Origin: Octopus vulgaris
Taxonomy: Eukaryota
DNA length: 64,000 nt
Assembly (NCBI GenBank): GCA_951406725.2
Contig: OX597817.1
Coordinates: 46,624,001 to 46,688,000, forward strand
Reading direction: 5' to 3'
In this document: positions 28,608-42,341 of the stretch, one piece after another
Numbering within the stretch: position 1 is the first letter of the stretch
How the letters are laid out: every line of letters starts with the position of its first letter
Made by a program: the position numbers and the translations under genes
The notes under the pieces: generated by a model
Databases searched by the model: none
What the model saw: the letters and a program-made list of their open reading frames with translations, nothing else
What the model was told of the DNA's origin: nothing

Positions 28608-31269
28608 TAGCTAAGATTTTGTTGTTTATTTTTAGATCATGCCCCCATGATGTGTTTGTTAGCCAGGGAACAGAAGAAAGAAGAAGAAATAAGACATGCA
28701 CCCAACACCAGAGCTAAAGACACCTCCGAAAGGGGAACCCCGCCACATCAAAACGGTAGAGGAGTAGGGGCCGAAACCGGACCTGGTTCCTCCTGATGCT
28801 AACTGGATCTTGAGCTAACTGGATCCTATAAAGGAGTTGTTGTGGTAGCAGACCACGAAACACGGTGTAATTCCTCAGTAATTTCATCTAATCTGTTCAG
28901 AATTTATAACCCCTACGACGATCACGAAGTTCACCTCGTGCATAGCGCCCTAGCTCTCACAGCATTGAATTTTAATACTTTTAATATTTTTAGGAATGGG
29001 AACAAGCTATTATTCAAACTGTATGGATTTTATTGCTACTTATCCTATGAATACTTGAATCATAGATGAATTCAAAACGTAAAGGCACTAACTGAACACT
29101 GCAAGGAGTCTCGTTTGATTCTGTCATCCATTGAACTTTCCTTGTATATTATAAGACAAAATATTTATACTTCTCAGTGACAAATAAAGTGTGCCAAATG
29201 GCGTTTTATATGCTCGCAAACAGAAGAAATAAAGACACTTCAATGAGCTTAGCACGATTAATACTTATATTCAATTGTTAGAGATTGATAGCTAAATTGA
29301 TAGAAGAGAAAGGGTTGCAAAATGTTACTAAATTTCTAGATCCGTGTGACGATATGAAGAATGAAATAAAATTACTTGAAGCCAGCCAGTTAATGGCTGA
29401 AGAAGTGTTTTAGTGATATTTCCAAACGGCGCGTTCATTTCTTTCTTTCTCTAATTTCTATATTTATCTCCTTTTTTTATTTTTTTCTTTCAACCGAATT
29501 TCTATTATATTTCTCCCATTTTCATTAAGCATTTCAACTATTTATCTTCTTAACATATTCCTTGCCGTATCTTCTTCTCTTTTCTCCTATCTCTTTTTCT
29601 ATTATGACGTTCCAGTAACCTGTGTCATATTTGGTTATTAGATCAGATAGCACCTAAATAAATATCTCTACCACAGGATCTATATCTTATAATCTTATTC
29701 ACCCCTCTTCGCCTTAATTCTTTTTGCTTCTCACATTTATGGAAACACTCTCAGGGTTGGAATTATTACTGTCTGTTTTATATTTATTATGTTCATACCA
29801 CTTTAGTCCATTTTATTTAATTGTCAACAATTCGGTTTTAGCTAGAGTATTTGCTAATAAAATTTCACAAGAAAATTTGCTAATAAAATCTTACCGAGAA
29901 CATCGACTGATAAAATTTTCCTTCAAACAATTCTATCATTTAGAGGTTTTGGATATTTGGTTCCCGAAATTGCATTCCAGCAATTACTGTTCCAGTCAAT
30001 GAACTTAGAAAGCTCTACTTATTTATGTTGTTGCTATTGTTGTTGATGTTAGTGTTTATTGCTTTTATTCACACCATTTTTGTTAAATTCTTGTACATAA
30101 AGACGTTCCGAATGCTTTCGCAGAGTGCCACACGAGTGACTCTTTTCATCTTCGTCCGCATCCAAATTTTACTGAGTAATTAAGACTTTGGGGCATATAA
30201 AACCCGCTTTTAAAACTTTTATCGAATCTACATTTAACTCCATTTCTGTGTAGAGAAATAGAAAGGTAGTTAAAGTAATAAAATCAATATGGCTTCGTTC
30301 TGTGCATAGACTAGCAAACAGCTACCGTTAGAGAGAATGATTGCTTCTGTTTTACTTGAGAAAATATCAATGGTAGATAAACATAAATAAAAAGAAAAAC
30401 AACTAAGCTAAGAACATATAAATGAATCAATGATTAAAACTTAAACATTCCTTTCAAAATGGCTTTGGTCGTTTCATGAATATGCTCCGGTGAGTAATTT
30501 CCGAAATTTTCTTTCATTTCATTAGCAATACTCGTTCTTAAAACTTATACCTCGGATTGTGTTACTTTGTTAAAGAACGCAGAGCGCGTGTTCACCTTCA
30601 GAGCCTTCCTTTCAGTCTTAGAACCACATTGTAGGAGAAACTTCAATCGTACACAGAATATATAATCCTGCATCCTTAGTCATGTGAGCAAATTCAGAGA
30701 AGAAAAAGAGAGAAAGATGCATTGCATTTCGCAAATTTATTTATTCTGATAATGATGATTATAATATATACTAGGAGTCACATAAGTATGCCTCTACTTA
30801 AATTTTTTCCCTTCATACTAAGACACATAATATATACCACTGATTCTGTAACGATAGCATAGATAAGTATGCACAACATGTTCTGTTTAATATAACCCTA
30901 TCACTTCATAACACAGTATTATTATTACTCTCACGATGGGTGCTTTGTTGTAACTTGTTAACATAACAACTAGGCCTGTTTTAACATCACAAATACACTA
31001 TCATTACACACCAAAGGAACCACATTGTACCTCTCATTTCCTACCGACGAATAACAAACAAAACTTTCAAACTTGCTTCAGTTACTCAATCTTACAATCT
31101 TTGAGAGTGATCGCCCTTGACAATACATGTACAGATCATATTTCCATTCGACAGGATTCCACACAATTTGTCTTTACCCACTTTCACTCACAAAGCTTAG
31201 GTTAACCTGAATCTTTGGTAAAAGACAATTGTCCTATTGTCCAAATAACGGGATCAAAATGCCGTCATA

Positions 31270-32075
31270 CTAGTACGTCTTGGACAGAATCTGGGCACCG
31301 ACGACAATCACCAAGCAAATATATTCAGGGGGACTTACAGTTGGGTTCTATAGATAATTAGCAGAAAGCCCTAATACTCAGTACTACTTGTATCAGGGTG
31401 AAGGGAGGGTGTTCGTCTGCAAGCAGGGTAGTGCCGTCGGTCTGGCCTGCCTGTGATGCGCACAGGGCGAGAAAACTGTTCTACATGCGTTCATACGTTG
31501 ACCAAACATTTCTGACATGAAGATTTATGTCGAACAGATGATGTCGCATGTACAATGGGTTCGGTTTTCATCGAACTCCATTGCGAAGTTCGCCGCACCG
31601 CCTTCCTTTGGCCACGAGAAGGACAGGCAATATTTCTCTTCTTGATGGCTATAGCAAAAAAGTTTGGGGTAGTGGACATAACTGACATAACTAGAACTGA
31701 AAAGCAACAATTTTGTCTTCGGTCAAACCCTCATCGACTTGTTTTAAGTTCTATTTGTTAAGAAATGTGAGAGTTGAGAGGGAATTGCTACCTGCAGTAA
31801 ATTTTTGAAAGGTGGATGAATAAGTAGAGGATAGTCCGAGTAAGTTAGCCTAGTCTAAGCTTACGCCTGCGGATGGAGAAATCGTCTGTCTGTGGGCGGG
31901 GGTGAACAAGAATTTGTGTGGCTCTTTGGTTACCCATAGATAGTTGCCCCTATTGATGAATCATGTTGTTATTCTTTTACTGTTATTGTTCCTTTACACG
32001 AGTTTATGTTAACTCACTGATCTTAGTCCTTGCATTGATCTTAATGTTATGTGCAGCCTTGTGGCCAATAAAAAC
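31270..32075 (+). mobile_element. Decayed L1/Tx1-like LINE, ORF2 3' end and 3' tail
   Basis: Frameshifted remnants include C..CAQGEKTVLHAF (CCHC knuckle), YVEQMMS...PPSF, REGQAIFLFLMAIAK and RNVRVERELL. The tail is tgtgcagccttgtggccaataaa. Confidence 0.65.
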
Positions 32076-33220
32076 CATTATCATTATTGCTGTTGTTATT
32101 ATTATTTTACTTATTATCATTATTAATATTATTGAGTGAGAGAGCAGTGCATGCCATCAAAGTACCACTTGAGTAGTGGGGTCAATGTCATCGACTTACC
32201 ACCTCTCCCGAAATTGCTGGCCTTGTGCCAAAGTCTTAAATCATTCTCATTATCTTATCTTGCCTGGAGATCATGTTTACGCATCGTTCCCATTTGGACA
32301 TATATTTTTTTTTATATTTTTAGCGTTAGATGTTTATTTCTGTGTCTTATTACGAAGACCTGGTGTATGCCAATGTCAGAAATTTAGTTTATTTTTTTCC
32401 AGTTTGGAAAAATGAGATATCTTTGAATGTTATATTATTTTCCTTGCATTCGTTGAAAATTTTCACGACATACACAGACAACCCTCAACAAAGAAATATT
32501 TGGAAAATAAAGAATAATACAGAGAAAAAAAAAACCAACAAAACTCAAAAACAATATAGAAGTATATTTTCTAGCAAGACATACAGACTTTAAAGAAAAT
32601 GATAATAATAATTCTATTTTTTATGTGAACAATGACACTAGAATGTACGACTGTGTTGACTTCTTCGACAACGGCAACAAGAACAAAAGCAACAAGAACA
32701 CCACCGAAACATATTTTGCAAAAATAAAAATACTACCAATGGAGTTAATAATAATGGAACCAGTCTTCTTAGCATTACTTGCCTCAGGCAGATTTAAACA
32801 CGGAACGAATTCAATCAGAGAAGAGGCGTGGTAGCAAAGCGTTACAAAAGTGTTTACATTCTTGCCTGAAGACATATCGAAGAATCGGCGAAAAGATTTA
32901 CATAAAACTACCTCTCAAAAATTAGGCGAACGTTCAGCAAGCATTCACAAGAATATTTTAATAAAACTTTGTCCAGTGTGCATGAGTGTGTGCGTGCCGC
33001 GTGATACCATGTTTTAACTATTGACCGCTATCGGACATACGAGAGTGTTCTCCAGGTTTTTCCATTTAGAAATCGGAAGGCTGTGACCAGCTGAATTGGT
33101 GTGCTTCACACCTGCCCTGTACCTGTACTACAATAGATGGGGCAATTAAACAATAGTAAAGGTCAATGAAGGAAAACTCTCACTGCCGCGGACGCCATTA
33201 CCTGAACAGCATCAACGTCA

Positions 33221-33405
33221 GGAGGCGCAATGGCCCAGTGGTTAGGGCAGCTGACTCGCGGTCGGAGGGTCGCGGTTTCGATTCCCAGACCAGGCGTTGT
33301 GTATGTTTATTGAGCGAAAACACCTAAAGCCCCACGAGGCTCCGGAAGGGGTGGTGGCGACCCCTGTTGTACTCTTTCGCTCCAACTTTCTCTCACTCTT
33401 TCTTC
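33221..33405 (+). mobile_element. SINE family B head and body
   Basis: ggaggcgcaatggcccagtggttagggcagc...ggtttcgattccc (A and B boxes). Confidence 0.85.
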
Positions 33406-33698
33406 CCTACTTCTGCCATAAAGCAGAGGAACCATGGTGTAACCAACTATGGTGTGGTAAACTTTCAGATTCTAGTCTAGATTGTTAATCCTCTGTACCC
33501 CAGGATGGTTCAGCTCTCCACCCGTTAAAAGCCACCGTTTACGTAATAAGGATAACACCGTAGCTTTCGCACCCGTGCAACCGCCAATCTATCGCGTGTG
33601 ATGGGTGGATCTTCAAGTTGCCACGCGCATTCTTAGTAACTTAGAGCAGGCTCGAATTAGAGATTATTCTTTGTGGATAATGGCGCGAATCCTGATTG

Positions 33699-33940
33699 GA
33701 AGAAGAAGAAGAAGAAGAAGAAGAAGAAGAAGAAGAAGAAGAAGAAGAAGAAGAAGAAGAAGAAGAAGAAGAAGAAGAAGAAGACTAAGCAGAAGAAGAC
33801 GAAGAAGAAGAAGGAGAAGAAGAAGAAGAAGAAGAAGAAGAAGAAGAAGAAGAAGAAGATAAGCAGAAGAAGAAGAAGAAGAAGAAGACCAAGAAGAAGA
33901 AGAAGAAGAAGAAGAAGAAGAAGAAGAAGAAGAAGAAGAA
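33699..33940. repeat. (GAA)n microsatellite
   Basis: Direct reading. Confidence 0.97.
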
Positions 33941-34244
33941 GGGGAAAACAACAGCAGAGGTACCGACAGTAGCAACAGAAACACCCACAGCAGCATCAGT
34001 TGCAAACACTGATACGGCAATCCGAGAGGACTGTAAAAACAACAGCATCGCTACCTGAATAGACCTCCTCTACCCCAGGTCAGTCGACTACTGAAACACA
34101 CACACATACCTACGTGCAGACACACTCCTTTACGCAGGTGTACCTTTCCTTCAAAAATTCTCCATTGTCACAAGGTCTAGTCGTAAGATGTGCCTGGACG
34201 GGTGCTTGTCGGGCAAAGAGACACAGAGAATATGGCGTCATCCT

Positions 34245-34515
34245 AGAAATAAACCCAGCAGGCTGGTTGAGGATGTAGTCGACTGTCTCATTCCCCAGAG
34301 TTTCAGGTTTTTGGTCTAAAGTAGAGAGAATAGTAGAAAGGTTTATTAAGGTGGCGCGCGGCCAGAATTGTTAGCATATTGAACAGGATGTTTAGCAGCA
34401 TTTCATTTCTTTTCACATTCTGAGTTCAAATTGGGCCCAGGGCGACTTTACTTCTCATCATTTTGGGGTTGATCAAATAAGTACCAGTTACGCACTGCGA
34501 TCGATGTAATCAAAT
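34245..34515 (+). mobile_element. Degenerate SINE family A remnants
   Basis: A tail-B-like segment at 34245-34335 and a head/body at 34350-34515. Confidence 0.6.
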
Positions 34516-34649
34516 TTCAAACTCCTCCACACTCACACACACACACACACACTCTCTCTCTCACACACACACACTGCACCAAAAATTCAGGCTGTTATTA
34601 TTATCAGTAGTAGTAGTTTCATTATTATTACTATTTATATTTTGTTTGG

Positions 34650-35030
34650 GAAGGCGCAATAGCCCAGTAGGTAGGGTAGCGGACTGGCGGTCGTAGGATC
34701 GCGGTTTCGATTCCTAGAACGGGCGTTGTGAGTGTTTATTGAGCGAAAACACCTAAAGCTCCACGAGGCTCCGGCAGGAGGCGGTGGCGAACCCTGCTGT
34801 ACTCTTTCACCACAATTTTCTCTCACTCTTTCTTCCCGTTTTCTGTTGTACCTGTATTGCAAAGGGGCCAACCTTGCCAACTCTGTGTCACGCTGAATCA
34901 CCCCGAGAACTACGTTAAGGGTACCCGTGTCTGTGGAGCAATCAACCACTTGCACGTCAATTTCACAAGCAAGCTGTTCCGTTGATCGGATCAACTGAAA
35001 CCCTCGTCGTCGTAACCGACGGAGCGCCGC
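34650..35030 (+). mobile_element. SINE family B, full length
   Basis: Complete head, body and tail matching 26232-26593 and 47520-47858. Confidence 0.88.
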
Positions 35031-35409
35031 CAACATTTTATTTATTCCATCTAAACAAACATGTATTTGAAACGATATAGCTATTTCTTTAAAAACACCC
35101 AAACATGAAGTGCTGACAAGTTTCATAACCAATAGAATACGAGATTCAGCTATCATCCAGATCTGACCTACAAAAAGGTTAAAGCTCATGCATGACGTAT
35201 ATTTGTGGAAATCATTTTATTTTTTTATATCTTTTATTATTAATATTATTTTGTTTTTTGTCTTTTTTTGCCTTTTTTATGTCCTTTCTTTTAGTGGAAT
35301 TCGAATCAATTTCATTTGGAGTTGATTGATTTAAGAAATATCGATCTGTAACTCTTGTAAGAAATCTATGTAAATCTTTTCTAAGTTGAAGCTTCTGAGA
35401 AATATCTAC

Positions 35410-35921
35410 GCAGAAAGAGAAAGAGAAAGAGAAAACGCGAAAGAGACCAAAAAAAAAAGATCTACAGAATGAAAGAGAGAACGAAAAAGAGAGAGAGAGA
35501 GAGAGAGAGAGATATTTAGAAAGGGAGAGATATGATAAGGAGAAAAGCTGATTTAGTGAGGGAGGGAAGAAAGGAGGAAAAATGGCGGTCGTATATGTAA
35601 AAGACGCGGGTAGAGTAAGACGCAGTGAAAGGTGACGAAAGTGGAGCTGGAAAGTGTAGAGCGAGAAAATGGGAGGGAGATTGTAAGTGTGAGAGTAGGA
35701 GAGAAGGAGAAAATGAGAGAAGGAGAGAAGGAGAGAAGGAGAAAAGGAGAGGAGGAGAGAAGGAGAGAAGTAGAGAAGGAGAAAAGGAGAGAAGGAGAGA
35801 AGGAGAGAAGTGTGCGTTAGGGAGACGTGAGCTGTACGAAGAAGAAAGAGATAATTTGAGAGCAAGTGGAATGTAATATGATAAGCCAAGAAGAAATAAT
35901 TAATTATATATGCTGGCGTAC

Positions 35922-35968
<47 letters not shown>

Positions 35969-36105
35969 TATGTGTATGTGCGTGTGTGCTCGTGTAGATA
36001 TGCTTATGCATGTATAAATAATTGTCTGTATATACATATGTGACTGTGTCTATAGGTATATAACCATATATGTATATATGTGAGTATGTGAATGCACACA
36101 CACAC

Positions 36106-36169
<64 letters not shown>

Positions 36170-36214
36170 GTTTATGCCTGTACCTGAAAATATATGTATA
36201 TACGTCTATGTGTA

Positions 36215-36246
<32 letters not shown>

Positions 36247-36312
36247 TTTGTATATACATACATATTTATACATATATCTATATCTATATATATATATATG
36301 TGTATACATATG

Positions 36313-36351
<39 letters not shown>

Positions 36352-36597
36352 ATACATATGTATATATATATATATTTATGTATGTATGAGGGTGTGCATG
36401 TATATCTGCAGTTGTGCACACACACGCACACACACATTTATATATGTTTATGAATGTATATGCATATATACATACATATATATATATATACATACATACA
36501 TGCTTGTGTCCGTATATATGTATATATGTATGTATATATTATATATATATACATACACACACACATATATATGTGAATGTATGTATGTATGTATATA

Positions 36598-36648
<51 letters not shown>

Positions 36649-36962
36649 GATGTATATATATATATATATATCGAGAGAGAATGGATATGATAGTATGATG
36701 GAAATAAAGAAGCGAAAAAAATTAACGATAGTAATTTGGTATAAGATGAGTATCTGAGGAGGGAAAGGTGATTCAGAGAGAATATGACAGGGAGAAAAAG
36801 GTTATTGTGGGAAGAATATTTGTAGTTCTTTAGAAAAAGCGAAGAAACGGATTTAGAGAGAAAGAGAGGGGATGATCGAAGGAGAGTAATTTAAATATGA
36901 GGCGGTGATACAGACGATGAGGTCCAAAGTGAGACATGTTGGAAATGACAGACATACTCTCA

Positions 36963-37019
<57 letters not shown>

Positions 37020-37104
37020 CACCCGCATACATACATATTCATATTTATATACATATATATATATATATATATATAACATATATCTGTTTAAATTTGTGTG
37101 TATA

Positions 37105-37142
<38 letters not shown>

Positions 37143-37300
37143 AATATATTTATACATGTACATATACATATGTATATTTATACATATGCATACATACATA
37201 TTCATATATATATATATGTATGTATTTATATATATATATAACATATATATGTAAATACATACATATATATATATATAACATATATATGTAAATACATACA

Positions 37301-37389
<89 letters not shown>

Positions 37390-37779
37390 ACAAATGAAGA
37401 GGTAAATATGATGGAGAGCCACAGCGACAGTGAAGCATCGTGCAGTTATAAAGAATAGTGAGAGTGAATATGATTGAAAATCTTTTTGTAAAAAGAAAAA
37501 AGAATTTTGTTTAAAAAAATGAATGGCTTGCCCTCCCTCTCATTCTCTCTTTATACATACATTATACACACATATACACACATATATTAATCTGCATATT
37601 CATATGTGCGTGTGTGAGTGCGTCTGTATGTGTGTGTGTGCACGCCTTAATACATACCGTCTTGCATATATATGTATATATGTTTTATTGTTATTTGTTT
37701 ATATTCATATAGATATATCCATTGATATCTATCTATATCTATATATATCCATCTACCTATCTATCTATCTATCTATCTA

Positions 37780-37857
<78 letters not shown>

Positions 37858-38060
37858 AAAAAAGGTTTGAAAATGCAATTTAAACGATGTTTATTTACTT
37901 AACCGGTTTCACTCTTTGGTAAAAGATTGTCAAAAGTTACATTTAAGGAAACATTGAATAATATGGGTTCAAAAAAAGTTTTTTACATAATTGTCACATT
38001 GAATATTATGCATTCAAAAAAGTTTTTTACATAATTGTCACATTGGATATTATGGGTTCA

Positions 38061-38122
<62 letters not shown>

Positions 38123-38125
38123 GTG
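35410..38125. repeat. GA-rich and (TA)n/(TG)n/(GATA)n compound microsatellite block
   Basis: Direct reading. It also contains a ~38-bp tandem duplication at 37968-38052. Confidence 0.9.
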
Positions 38126-38444
38126 TGTATAAGTTGCATATAGATATATCGTAATATATAAGCACTTATATACATATCACGCATATACACCCACTGTCAC
38201 ACGTACGTACTCATATTTATGATCTACAGTTATGGCGTGCGATGTTCGACTATCTTCACAAAAGAGAGAATCTTTTATACAAAATTTTCGTTGAATTTTA
38301 TATGTTTTTTTCATCTCCTACAGTGTCCTACAATTTCAGTCTCGGTGGGAATATTTCTGATTGAGGCATTTTAGAAAATGGCGGTTTTTCTTACAACGAA
38401 TTTACTTCACTCAGACATGAAGTCTAGGTGGTCAGTTAAATATA

Positions 38445-38685
38445 TTTTCTATTTCTTTACTACCCACAAGGGGCTAAGCACAGTGGGAACAAAAAAAGGA
38501 CAGACAAACGGATTAAGCCGATTATATCGACTCCAGTGCGAAACTGGTACTTTATTTAATCGACCCCGAAAGGATGAAAGGCAAAGTCCACCTCGGTGGA
38601 ATTTGAACTCAGAACGTGGCGGCCCTCGAAATACGGTTACGCATTTTGCCCGGCGTGCTAACGTTTCTGCCAGCTCACCGCCTTA
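38445..38685 (-). mobile_element. SINE family A, single copy (head, body, tail A)
   Basis: ggcggtgagctggcagaaacgttagcacg...gccccttgtgggtagtaaagaaata. Confidence 0.88.
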
Positions 38686-39771
38686 TGTGGTCAATAATAT
38701 ATATTTTCTGTGGAGTGTGGACTTTGTATTACCGTTTGTAGTGTCGTGTTACTGTATATGTTGGCTAGGACGGTGTAGTTGCAACTGGTCCACTGGTTTG
38801 CAAGCGGGGTCCATATAAGATTTTTGTTAAAATTTATTAACAATAAATGGCTTATACTCCTATAATACAGTTACTAACAATCAGTAATTTGATTATTAAT
38901 GTATAATACAATTTTTTAAACATCAAATAGCTATGAGGTTCCACCCGAGTAAAATAGGAATCGAGGGATTCCTAGAAAAAGAAATAGTTGAGAAACACTG
39001 GTTTAGAGAAAGGGTTAGTTTTTGCCATTACGAAACGAACGTCGATAATTTATTCAGATAGTACTGAGTTTTCAGATAAACTCGTTCGGTTTTTCTTTCT
39101 TTCCTTTCTTGGCACTCGATCGTCACATATCTGAAAAGAGATAAAATTTATAATAATTTCAAAGACGATAAACAAAAGTTGTATAAAAAGAATAGAGTTA
39201 TAAAAAACATACATAAAAGACAACAACATTTTCCGTTATTTTCCAGATAACATCGGACAGGACCAAAGTAAATAAGGATGGTTGAAAATGAATAAATTTA
39301 TCTGACCACACAATATAGGGCGGTATAGATTGTTGAGAATCTTGTTTCATCTCGAGAGACATCGGAATAATTAGAACACACGATATGATTACCAAATATA
39401 CTGCTATTCGGAGATATGACCGAGAAAGCTGAAAATGCAAAGAGGAGACATGGAGGTAGGAATGTTGGGAGTTGTTTTTTTTTTAAGTTATGAATTATAT
39501 CAAAATAAATGGGAAAAGATAAGGCGTAGCTGCGATGTATGACACTTGCTTCCCAACTACATGGCTCCAGGTTCAGTCCCACAGTGTTGCACCTTGGAGA
39601 GAAAGTGGTTTGGATTGAATGGGTTGAGGATTTGCCTGGGTATTTACAATTGTTTAGCAAATTAGTGTATAATTATTAACAGGGTTATTCTCTGTGTGTA
39701 CGTGTGTGAAAACGCACATGTATGCATACACATACATAAGGAGGAGGAGGAAGAGGAGGAGGGGGAAGAAA

Positions 39772-40095
39772 CCCCCCTTCGGTCTTGACTGACCATGGGA
39801 TTGCACCTAGAAAGTTACCCACCCAGGCACAAGTCCGGGCAAGGTTTGTGGAAGGTCAGCAACCGCCCATGCATACCAGCCTCCCCTCTCCACACCACCG
39901 ATGTTATCCAAGGGGAAAGCAAAGGGGCCGATACAGCTAGGCACCAGTGATGTCGCAACTCATTTCTACAGCTGAGTGAACTAGAGCAACGTGAAATAAA
40001 GAGTCTTGCTCAAGAAAACAAGGCGCAGCCCGGTCCGGGAATCGAACTCACACTCTCACGATAGTAAGCGCGACGCTCTAACCACTGAGCCATGC
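39772..40095 (-). mobile_element. tRNA-derived SINE family D with an RTE-like 3' portion
   Basis: Head gcatggctcagtggttagagcgtcg...gagttcgattccc. The 3' part has gctggtatgcatgggcg...aaaccttgcccggac and ends in a (GAG/GAA)-like tail. Confidence 0.8.
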
Positions 40096-40173
40096 AGATA
40101 GATAAACAGATTGACAAACAGACAGAGAAACAGATAGACAGACAGAAGACAGAAGACAGACACACAGATAGAT

Positions 40174-40251
<78 letters not shown>

Positions 40252-40609
40252 TTAAGCAGGTGATAAGAAAATGAAGCATTTAATGAGAGGGGAGAAATTA
40301 ATAAAAGACGAAATAGGAAGACAATGATAAAGATATAAACGAAGAAAAAGAATAACAAAACAAAGATTAAAAAAAGTAATTTAATGAGAAATTTATCGAA
40401 AGAAGGAGGAGTTATAGAGAAAAATCGAAATTCGAGCAAGACATGATATTGAAAGATAACCGAGAATCAAGTTAATGAGTAGTATCGAAAAAAAATATGT
40501 AAAGGTGTGAGTGGAGCATGGCTAAGAGAATGACACCGTGGGTGACTGAGTGCATGTTTTGAGTGAATTCTTAATGTGTGTATATGGGAGAGAGAGAGAG
40601 GGGGGATAG

Positions 40610-41360
40610 CGTGAGTGAGTGAGTGAGTGAGTGTGTGAGTGAGTGTATGAGTGTGTGAGTGAGTGTGTGAGTAAGTAGTTGAGTAAGTGAGTGTGTGAGT
40701 GAGTGAGTGAGTGTGAGTGAGTGAGTGAGTGAGTGAGTGAGTGAGTGAGTGTGTGAGTGAGTGAGTGAGTGAGTGAGTGAGTGAGTGAGTGTGTGAGTGA
40801 GTGAGTGTGTGAGTGAGTACGTGAGTGTGTGCGTGAGTGGGTGAGTGAGTGAGTGTGTGGGTGAGTGTGTGAGTGAGTGAGTGAGTTAGTGAGTGAGTGT
40901 GTGTGTGAGTGAGTGTGTGAGTGAGTGAGTGAGTGAGTGAGTGAGTGGGTGAGTGAGTGAGTTAGTGTGTGAGTGAATGAAAGAGTGAGTGTGAGTGAGT
41001 GAGTGAGTGAGTGAGTGAGTGAGTGAATGAGTGTGTGGGTGAGTGGGTGAGTGAGTGAGTGTGTGAGTGTGTGTGTGAGTGTGTGAGTGAGTTAGTGTGT
41101 GAGTGAGTGAGTTTGTGAGTAAGTGTGTGAGTGAGTGAATGAGTGTGTGACTGAGTGCGTGAGTGAGTGAGTGTGTGGGTGAGTGAGTGAGTGACTGAGT
41201 GTGAGTGTGAGTGAGTGAGTGAGTGTGAGAGTGAGTGAGTGTGTGAGAGTGTGAGTCTGTGAGTGAGTGAATGAGTGAATGAGTGACTGAGTGAGTGAGT
41301 GAGTGAATGTGTGAGTGAGTGAGTGTGTGAGTGAGTGAGTGAGTGAGTGAATGACAGTGA
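40610..41360. repeat. ~750-bp (GTGA)n tetranucleotide array
   Basis: Direct reading. Confidence 0.97.
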
Positions 41361-41539
41361 GAGAGAATCGGTTTGTGAGTAAATTATTTGTGGGTGAGAG
41401 AAGAGGATAGCGAGTGCATCTAATGAGTGAGGAGAGAGGTGACTGGCTGGGATGAAGTGGTGAAGGAATTGGACTCTCGACATGTAAGTGCTTCTCTGTC
41501 GCCGTGAGATTAAGATTATATATTTTAACGTTTGTCTTT

Positions 41540-41726
41540 TCCTTGTTTAAGTTACTAGACTGCGGCCATCCTGGAGTACCGCCCTTGTTCTTAAACCTGG
41601 TACTTATTCTCTCGATCTCTTTTGTCGAACTATAGGTTACGGGGACGTAAACACACCAACAACAGTTGGCAAGCGGTAGTGGAAGACAAACGAAGACACA
41701 CATACATACATACATACATACATACA

Positions 41727-41759
<33 letters not shown>

Positions 41760-41922
41760 GTATACGACGGGCTTCTTTCAGTTTCCATCTACCAAATCCC
41801 CTCACAAGGATTTGGTCAGCCTGAGACTATAGTAGAAGACATTTACCCAAGGTGCCACGCAGTGGGACTGGACCCAGAACCATGTGGTTGGGAAGCAACC
41901 TTCTTACCACACAGCCATGCCT
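41540..41922 (-). mobile_element. SINE family C, full length
   Basis: Head ggcatggctgtgtggtaagaaggttgcttcccaacc with an internal (TATG)n. Confidence 0.85.
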
Positions 41923-42341
41923 CTATTGAAAATGCTGGTATATATTTCTTGACAATTCTCTCGGAGTTCTTTTCTCACACCTCGTAATTTTCAAATGCTT
42001 ATATTGAAACGGTAGCCATCGTAATTGATAGTATAAATGACATACGATCATTTTAGCATCATATATTCAGGGGAAAATAGCCTGCAGTTGTGAGTGTTAG
42101 AGACAAAATTACCTACCTTGTGGGAGACTTAACTTCGCATGTAGGACCTGGGATAATATATTTGAGACTATATTTTTGTAAAAAAAAAGTACCTCTTATA
42201 TATCACCAAATTCGACATTTAGGATAGCAACTGTGCTCATATTAGGCGACGTATAGACTGTCTCGCTCTATATGATCCCACACTGTGCACTAACAACCCG
42301 AATCATGCCGAAGTTAAATTGGTCTTTTAGCCTTTCGAAGT

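Noticed and set aside
32621-33130. Unique, moderately GC-rich segment with short ORFs on both strands and possible splice sites
   Set aside because: Every frame is interrupted and no consistent exon phase or recognisable protein emerges. It may be UTR or regulatory sequence.
33605-34048. Poly-Arg/Lys/Leu/Ser ORFs
   Set aside because: Translations of the (GAA)n microsatellite.
34144-34315. Candidate minus-strand exon (QKPETLGNETVDYILNQPAG...)
   Set aside because: Its acceptor and first half are the reverse complement of a degenerate SINE family A tail.
39198-39440. Hydrophobic minus-strand ORF behind a good acceptor (ttttcag)
   Set aside because: Two frames are equally open, the donor is ambiguous and no homology is recognised.
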